64,000 bases of DNA from an uncultured bacterium (lineage in GTDB: Bacteria; Verrucomicrobiota; Verrucomicrobiia; Verrucomicrobiales; DEV007), in the NCBI GenBank assembly GCA_963977015.1, contig CAXBMO010000004.1, positions 160,001-224,000 on the forward strand, written 5' to 3'. The translations under genes and the position numbers were made by a program. The notes under the pieces were generated by a model. That model saw nothing but the letters and a program-made list of their open reading frames with translations, had not been told where the DNA came from and made no database searches. Positions 58,189 through 64,000 of this stretch are shown here, in pieces. The first letter of the stretch is position 1. Each line of letters begins with the position of its first letter.

Positions 58189-58872
58189 ATGCCCCAAGAT
58201 GCGCTCGAAGTCCGCCCCTCTGCAAAACCGAATCACGTCAAAGCGCTCGATGGAACCGAGCTGGCCATTCCTGAAGGCTGGGCGTTGCTCGAACCCGGCG
58301 ATCCCGCGCTCAGTCGCCGGATCAAGAAGGACGGACCCACCTGGACGGTGAAGGAAGCGAAGGGGCGCAAGATGTTCTCCCGCGGCATCTGGGCTCCCGC
58401 AGAACGCATCGAAGCGCTTCGCGCCGAGCTGGAAGTCGAACGTCAGGATCCCGCTTATCAGCGCAAACTCGACGCCGGCCGTGAGCGAAGGGAAAAGGAA
58501 CAGGAAGCTTACGCGAAGGAATTTCGCCGTGCCGTTTTCGAGTATCTGGATTTTGCTCCGGAGCATCGGGATTCCGCCGAGGCGTTGGCCACGGCGATCG
58601 CCACTCACGCCGTGCCGGTCGGAAGCGGAACCGTGGCGCGAACCCAGCGCATTCCGATCGAACGCCGGGCTGAGGCCGCCACGATTGCCTGGATGCGCCA
58701 CCAGACCACGGCCTACGATCACATGAAGATTCCCCGGGAGAAAGGTCGTCGCCGCGAGGTTCGCCGAATGCTGGCCCAGCACTCCAAGCACCTTTTGGGG
58801 TGCTATCGTCAAGGCGGGGAAATTCCGGAAACCTGCCCGCTGCGCCAAAGCCTCAACGGACTGCAGGCCTAG
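58189..58872 (+). CDS. DUF2293 domain protein
   Basis: PEGWALLEPGDPALSRR, FSRGIWAP, PVGSGTVART, AWMRHQTTAYD. Confidence 0.85.
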   Translation: MPQDALEVRPSAKPNHVKALDGTELAIPEGWALLEPGDPALSRRIKKDGPTWTVKEAKGRKMFSRGIWAPAERIEALRAELEVERQDPAYQRKLDAGRERREKEQEAYAKEFRRAVFEYLDFAPEHRDSAEALATAIATHAVPVGSGTVARTQRIPIERRAEAATIAWMRHQTTAYDHMKIPREKGRRREVRRMLAQHSKHLLGCYRQGGEIPETCPLRQSLNGLQA

Positions 58873-58875
58873 GGC

Positions 58876-59097
58876 GCAGGGGGTTGAAAAACTCCGCGCC
58901 GCCGCGAAGACAGTTCATTGGGGTAGGTAAATATGGCTTCGCGTGGTTTCGGTTGTTGTCTTCCCTGCGGGCGCAAGCTGCTGAAGCTGTGGGCGTTGTT
59001 GCTCCTTGGGCACGAATCTCGATTCGCTTCCTCGTCGCGTCTAGCCCACAACTCCAGCAGCTAGCGCGCGGCAACACGGAGTTTTTCAACACCCTGC
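58876..59097. mobile_element. MITE/REP-like non-autonomous element (222 bp)
   Basis: Terminal inverted repeats GCAGGGGGTTGAAAAACTCCG / CGGAGTTTTTCAACACCCTGC (20/21); internal inverted repeat 58977-58994 / 59044-59061 (16/18); no coding capacity. Confidence 0.75.
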
Positions 59098-59107
59098 TAA
59101 CCGAACT

Positions 59108-60469
59108 TCAAAGCTCGATGGGCTGCTCCGGAACTGGAATGATGATCCGGGAATCCGGCAATCGCACCTTCAATTCGGCCTCGAACCACGCCAACGCATC
59201 TTCGTCACCATGAACCAGGACGATGTTCTTTGGTTTAACGCTGACGAGGTAATCGCAAATGCTTTCCCGCGTGGCATGTCCGCTGAAATCAAAACGTTCG
59301 ACATCGCACTTTAGCGTTTGCTCCGGCGCATTTTTGCTGAGCTGAATGGTCCCGCCTGGTTCTGTTGCCAAAATCTGACCGGCCGGGGATTTGGGATCGG
59401 CGTAGCCGACAAAGAGGATGCCGCATTTCGGATTCTCGACCATCATCCGCGCGACCTTGTTCGACGGCGTGTGCTCCATCATCATGCCGCTGGAAAGCGC
59501 GTAGATGCAGCCCGGTTGATACTCGATCTGCCGGGTCCGCTTTTTGGACGAGGCCACCGTCAGCTCGATATCCTGCAAAATCTTGAGGTCCTGGAAATGG
59601 CGCCGGGTTCGCGAAGCCAGCTTGTCGTAAAGCTGGGTCATCTTGGTGCTCAATCCACCGATGTGAACGGCGGCGGACCGAAGTCGCCCCTGTTCCTTCA
59701 GTCGATGCAGGGTGATCAGGAGTTCCTGGGTTTTGCCCATCGCAAAAACCGGAACGAGCGCCGATCCGCCCCGCTCCAAAATCGCATTGAGGGAGTTGGA
59801 AAACCGGTCAATTTCACTTTCGCGCGTGTAATCAGGGCGCCGCTGCACCGCACCGCGCGTCGTTTCCACAATCACCGTGTCGAGCGGCCCTTCCGGCAAC
59901 TTCGCGCCGCGGGTCAGTGTCTGGTCCTCAAAATGAATGTCTCCGGTGTAGAGAATGCGGCGGCCCTCATATTCAAACAACGGCGAAACCGCCCCAAGGA
60001 TGTGACCGGCGTCGTAAAACTCGCAGGTCACGTCGTCCGTGTTGCTGAAGTAGAACGGTCGTTCCGAAGGACTCGTCTCCCAACGCGACGTCGCTTTGTC
60101 CAGCTCCCGATGGGTGTAGAGCGGGTAATCGCGGATCTCCAATTCGTCACGCTTCGAAGTCATCACGTTCACCGAATTGTGCAGCATCGCGTCGGCAAGG
60201 TGGCGTGTTGCCTCGCTCATGAACACGTTGGCATTCGGGTGCTCCCGCATCGCAACGGGGATCGCGCCGGAATGATCGAGGTGCGCGTGAGTTAGGAAAA
60301 TGGCATTCAGATTCCCATACCCGAGGGCTTTGAAGCGAGGCAACGTATCCGAGCCTTCTTTTTTGGGGTGCGTGCCAGCATCCAACAAGGCCCGGGTCTG
60401 ACCAAACTTGATGAGATAGCAATTCGAACCGATTTCGCGGCCCGCGGACAGATTAACAAGTTCGATCAT
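59108..60469 (-). CDS. MBL-fold beta-CASP ribonuclease (RNA-specificity-domain family)
   Basis: EIGSNC, THAHLDH, AGHILG, YTGD, ETT, PVFAMGKTQE, FSGHA, VHG. Confidence 0.92.
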   Translation of the reverse strand: MIELVNLSAGREIGSNCYLIKFGQTRALLDAGTHPKKEGSDTLPRFKALGYGNLNAIFLTHAHLDHSGAIPVAMREHPNANVFMSEATRHLADAMLHNSVNVMTSKRDELEIRDYPLYTHRELDKATSRWETSPSERPFYFSNTDDVTCEFYDAGHILGAVSPLFEYEGRRILYTGDIHFEDQTLTRGAKLPEGPLDTVIVETTRGAVQRRPDYTRESEIDRFSNSLNAILERGGSALVPVFAMGKTQELLITLHRLKEQGRLRSAAVHIGGLSTKMTQLYDKLASRTRRHFQDLKILQDIELTVASSKKRTRQIEYQPGCIYALSSGMMMEHTPSNKVARMMVENPKCGILFVGYADPKSPAGQILATEPGGTIQLSKNAPEQTLKCDVERFDFSGHATRESICDYLVSVKPKNIVLVHGDEDALAWFEAELKVRLPDSRIIIPVPEQPIEL

Positions 60470-60559
60470 AGTCAGGTCAAGACGAGGCGAACCGTCTCAA
60501 CGGTCGCAATCCTCGTGTCAGGAAAAAAGCATGCAGCATGCATGCCTCTACGTCCACCG

Positions 60560-61822
60560 TCAAGAAGTCGGGTTCGAAGTTGAGGACCTCGGCAAAATGA
60601 CTCCAAGAATGGTGAGCACAATGCAAACGGCAATTGCGGCAACCGGCGGCGTCCAGCTCAGAGACGTTTGAAACGTAAGCAGACTGATGATCGCGTACAA
60701 GAGCAGGGCGAGCAATCCACCGATGATGCCGCGAAACCGGCTTCCCTTCAGCATGAAAGCCCCGACAGCCGTCAAGGCAATAAAACTGAGGATCCGTCCA
60801 ACCAACGGCCAATGCGTGATGTGTCGACCGCTCTGAACGGTCGCAATCGCCATGGCCTGAAGTTCGGCAAGCGAGATCTTGCTCCCCGTCGGAAGTTCGA
60901 AACGGTGCTCGGTCTCTTGATCATAACCAATCACGATGGTGTTTGTCTTGAGCGTATCCAGGGTCGCCTGACTCGATTCCCGCAATTCCTGCGTCAAATC
61001 TTCGAACTGGGAAACCGCCAGGGTCAGGGACGTCGAATTGATGTTGGGATAAATTCCCCGCATCCCGTGGTAAACCGTGAAATAGCCGCCCTTGTCGATG
61101 GGGATCTTGTAGTGATTGGCAATCCTGATGTTCCGCCCGAGATTCACTTGAACGTCATCCGTCGTCACGCCCTCATAGGCCAGAATCGAAGCGAGCACGA
61201 ACGAAGGAACCACCTTGTCACCCAATTTGGCCAGAAGCGGAACGCGAATCCCGTTTGGGCTGCTTTCCGGTTGTTCGCTCAAATCGATATGCGTGAACGC
61301 AGGATCTCCATTGCTCAACAAATCCTCATCCGGCAGCGCGATCACCTTCTTCGCAGTTGGTAACGCAGATTGATCTCCCGACACGTTCTGAAAACTCGCG
61401 AATTTCGAAATGGCGGGGTCTTCCCCTCCTTCGCCAGCCGCAGGCCCCAAAATGCTTCCCAGCACCATTCGCGGCATCAGATTGACGCGTTTCTTCAAGG
61501 CTCCCTTCGCCAAAACGTCATCACCTTCCCAATCCAAGGCAGGAACAATCCCGACCGCCTTCGGTTCAAACTCTTCCAGTCCTTTGAGGATGATCGCCCA
61601 GTCCAAACGCGGGTCCAGGTTGTGCTCGTCCAGCTCATCTTTATCAACCCGCAAAAACGTCACCGCCGGGTCCTCAATCTTTCCACTGGCGTTTCCGACC
61701 AGCCAATCCAGGTAACCTTGATTGAGCGCTTGAAGGGAATTCCGGCCCTCTTCGCGCTCGATTAAAACGACAGCGATGGTCGCCAAAACTAGGAAAATGG
61801 CGACTTTGATTGGGTATTTCAT
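60560..61822 (-). CDS. Stand-alone CHASE2-like sensor membrane protein
   Basis: N-terminal TM, VTFLRVD, PKAVGI, RVPLL, VPSF, TIVIG, AELQAMAIAT, then three C-terminal TMs and no cytoplasmic output domain. Confidence 0.7.
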   Translation of the reverse strand: MKYPIKVAIFLVLATIAVVLIEREEGRNSLQALNQGYLDWLVGNASGKIEDPAVTFLRVDKDELDEHNLDPRLDWAIILKGLEEFEPKAVGIVPALDWEGDDVLAKGALKKRVNLMPRMVLGSILGPAAGEGGEDPAISKFASFQNVSGDQSALPTAKKVIALPDEDLLSNGDPAFTHIDLSEQPESSPNGIRVPLLAKLGDKVVPSFVLASILAYEGVTTDDVQVNLGRNIRIANHYKIPIDKGGYFTVYHGMRGIYPNINSTSLTLAVSQFEDLTQELRESSQATLDTLKTNTIVIGYDQETEHRFELPTGSKISLAELQAMAIATVQSGRHITHWPLVGRILSFIALTAVGAFMLKGSRFRGIIGGLLALLLYAIISLLTFQTSLSWTPPVAAIAVCIVLTILGVILPRSSTSNPTS

Positions 61823-61947
61823 GCAACAAATTCAGGTAAGTCAGGATGACATCCCAGAGCAGGGGACGCCCATCCTAGCAAGGCCTTTGACAAGGTCACG
61901 GACAAAAATCGTTCAAAAATTTATCCGGAAGCAACCCCACCCTCTCC

Positions 61948-62790
61948 TCAGTGCGTCATTGCATAGAACACGATGTTGATTCCCATGGGAAAAGACTTTT
62001 TCTCCGCAAATTCCCGGAAATACCATTCGTTTTCGCCTTCGCGCTCCCAACCGTCGCCAAGATCGGTGTTGTGACAGATGATCATCATCATGCGGCCTTT
62101 CTCGTCAAAAACGCCTTTGTAGTAAGCCGTTTCAGTGCCCGGCTTGTTCCATTCGTAAGTGATTCCCATGTCGCGACCTTGCAGCGCGTGGCCAATGGCC
62201 GGGACCTGCGGTTTTTCCTTGAGATCAAAGACGCAATGAAAAATGGGATGCTCGATCGGGAGTTCCTGAGGCTCAAATTTTGGCTCTGGAAAGATCTTTT
62301 TGAAGCCGTCGCGAATGAAATTTTCCCATTCGTGGGTTCCCCAGAAGTCATCCACCATGATGAATCCCCCATTCAGCAGGTAATCCCGCAGAATTCTCGC
62401 TTCCCGATCATTGAGGAAAATGTTCCCGGGCTCAATCATGTAAACGAAGGGGTGATCGGCCAGCTGTTGGGGGTCGATATCGACGACGATGGGATCGGGA
62501 TGAACCTCGAGAGACGTCAGTTCATGAAGGCGATAGGAAAAGTTAAGGTCGCTATCGGGAAAATCCGTCGCCCATTTTCCATGCCGACCATAACCGTAGT
62601 ATGAGTCATAACGCAGACGGGCAAATCGGAACACATCGTTCGGCATTTGCTCGTTCAACTTCCATTCCGGGAACGGGTTGTAGTTGCGCCGGCTGAATTC
62701 TTCCCGTGCGTCCGGATTGCTTTGCGAGGACGCAAAAAACGGCATCGCAGACAAGAGAAGAACGTAGCAAATCGCTTTCACAATCACCAA
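61948..62790 (-). CDS. DUF4159 domain protein
   Basis: FRFARLRY, WATDFPDSD, LRDYLLNGGFIMVDDFWG, HPIF, NTDLGDGWE, GINIVFYAMTH. Confidence 0.9.
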   Translation of the reverse strand: MVIVKAICYVLLLSAMPFFASSQSNPDAREEFSRRNYNPFPEWKLNEQMPNDVFRFARLRYDSYYGYGRHGKWATDFPDSDLNFSYRLHELTSLEVHPDPIVVDIDPQQLADHPFVYMIEPGNIFLNDREARILRDYLLNGGFIMVDDFWGTHEWENFIRDGFKKIFPEPKFEPQELPIEHPIFHCVFDLKEKPQVPAIGHALQGRDMGITYEWNKPGTETAYYKGVFDEKGRMMMIICHNTDLGDGWEREGENEWYFREFAEKKSFPMGINIVFYAMTH

Positions 62791-63022
62791 GTAGGCACCA
62801 AATCAGAAGGCGAATCCAGCACCAAGCTTGCCAAACCGCGAAAAACTCAAGAAATTCCTACTTGGAATTTGCAAATTGCTCGCTACAATTCCGGCCCTTC
62901 CTGCCCCGGCTCGGACTGTCTTGCGCATAAGGACTTCGGTAAATCCTGTTTCACGGCAATTTACCAGAAGTGGGAAGGACCAAGAAACACACGTTACCGA
63001 CTTTTAGCAGCAACTCAAACCG

Positions 63023-63205
63023 ATGAGCAAACGGACCTACCAACCATCCAAGCGCACCCGCAAACGCCAACACGGCTTTCGGGCTCGTATGAGCACGAAA
63101 CAGGGTCGCGACTTGATCAAACGCCGCCGCCAGAAGGGACGCAAGCGTCTTATGGCCAAGGGCGCAGAAAAGCATTTTCGTCGCCACTGTCACCAGGATA
63201 AGTGA
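63023..63205 (+). CDS. rpmH: 50S ribosomal protein L34
   Basis: [29 protein letters not shown]...[10 protein letters not shown]. Confidence 0.97.
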   Translation: MSKRTYQPSKRTRKRQHGFRARMSTKQGRDLIKRRRQKGRKRLMAKGAEKHFRRHCHQDK

Positions 63206-63597
63206 CGCCTCTTCCCGGCATGCGGCTGCCCAAATCCAGACGCATGAAGCGGAGTAGCGAATTTCGCCGCGTGCGGGAGAAAGGCGAAAGCTTCCGGGGA
63301 AGATACCTCATTCTGGGCGTTCTTCGGGACGAGAATCAGGAAACGACGAAAGTGGGCTTCATTACCACCAAACGTCTCGGCAACGCGGTAACCCGTGTTT
63401 TGATCCGACGGAGGCTTCGTGCGCTCATCACGGAGCTTGGAGATCAGATCAAACCCGGACTCAACGTCGTCACCATCGCCCGGCCGCTCGCCTCCAAAGC
63501 GAGCTATGAGCAGCTTCGAAAAGAGTGGAAATGGCTTGGTCACCGCGCGAAGCTTTTTCTCCCCAAGGAATCATGCGAACCATCGCCTGCCTCTTGA
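63202..63597 (+). CDS. rnpA: Ribonuclease P protein component
   Basis: [37 protein letters not shown]; synteny with rpmH. Confidence 0.93.
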   Translation: MTPLPGMRLPKSRRMKRSSEFRRVREKGESFRGRYLILGVLRDENQETTKVGFITTKRLGNAVTRVLIRRRLRALITELGDQIKPGLNVVTIARPLASKASYEQLRKEWKWLGHRAKLFLPKESCEPSPAS

Positions 63598-63851
63598 TCC
63601 GCTTTTACCAGATCGTCATTTCCCCTCCCCTTCATTTTCTTGCCGGGCCCCTGGGCGGATGTCGATTCTACCCTTCGTGTTCGCAATACACGCTCGAAGC
63701 CGTTCAGCATCACGGCGCTCTCAAAGGCTGCTGGTTGGGAGCCAAACGAATTTTACGCTGTAATCCTTGGGGAGGTTCAGGATTCGACCCTGTCCCCGGC
63801 ACCGAGGCCAACTACCCCACAGATCCCGAAAACTCACATTCTGACTCATGA
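63573..63851 (+). CDS. yidD: Membrane protein insertion efficiency factor
   Basis: [44 protein letters not shown]. Confidence 0.95.
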   Translation: MRTIACLLIRFYQIVISPPLHFLAGPLGGCRFYPSCSQYTLEAVQHHGALKGCWLGAKRILRCNPWGGSGFDPVPGTEANYPTDPENSHSDS

Positions 63852-64000
63852 ATCTCGACCGTACCGGCTGGATAGCCGTCATCATTTGTTCCATAGGGCT
63901 CGCGCTCTGGTATTCCAGCTCCATGAAGGAGACCCAGAAGGCTCGTGAGGCAGCTGAGATTGCCGCTGCGGCCAAGAGAGCCGAATTGGAAGCGAATCCG
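63848..64000 (+). CDS. yidC: Membrane protein insertase (5' part; continues beyond the window)
   Basis: [22 protein letters not shown]... N-terminal TM overlapping the yidD stop; canonical rpmH-rnpA-yidD-yidC order. Confidence 0.8.
   Translation, partial: MNLDRTGWIAVIICSIGLALWYSSSMKETQKAREAAEIAAAAKRAELEANP

Noticed and set aside
62791-63022. Possible oriC next to rpmH
   Set aside because: There is no dnaA gene here and I see no cluster of TTATCCACA boxes; only a plausible sigma-70 promoter (TTGGAA-N16-TACAAT at 62862-62889).
1-64000. CRISPR arrays, tRNA/rRNA genes, integrases, transposases, prophage genes
   Set aside because: None recognised on reading; a tRNAscan/Infernal/CRISPR-finder run would be needed to exclude them formally.

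Overview
High-GC bacterial chromosomal segment whose gene families (DUF1501/DUF1553-PSD1 cytochrome proteins, ECF sigma/FecR pairs, an ECF with a Ser/Thr kinase, a DUF6797-type cytochrome protein) point to the PVC superphylum, most likely Verrucomicrobiota. From left to right: (i) the edge of a probable defence island, with type I R-M hsdM running off the window, preceded by an Hsp90-like GHKL ATPase fused to a HExxH metallopeptidase; (ii) an ECF sigma factor with a Ser/Thr kinase; (iii) a stress operon (AhpD/CMD, DUF1348, DUF5069, membrane protein); (iv) ECF/FecR, a MocR regulator, a 1257-aa cytochrome c protein and an inserted glycoside hydrolase; (v) an AT-richer BRCT islet; (vi) oxyR, a Dcu transporter, katA, an ankyrin protein and a hybrid histidine kinase with an AhpD-like N-terminal domain, plus further two-component genes; (vii) GH88/105 and lyase-like genes; (viii) a degenerate TIR-2TM and TM/coiled-coil gene pair; (ix) an ECF-FecR-DUF1553-DUF1501 operon; (x) housekeeping genes (ABC transporter, panC, tyrA, aroA, cmk-plsC fusion, beta-CASP nuclease, rpmH-rnpA-yidD-yidC). 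Two cargo genes (the GH and a DCL/HNH nuclease) are each bracketed by decayed duplicates of a neighbouring gene end. I also see a MITE-like element, several operator palindromes and a candidate sRNA. I found no rRNA, tRNA, CRISPR array, integrase or transposase. All family assignments come from motifs recognised by eye, not from database searches.
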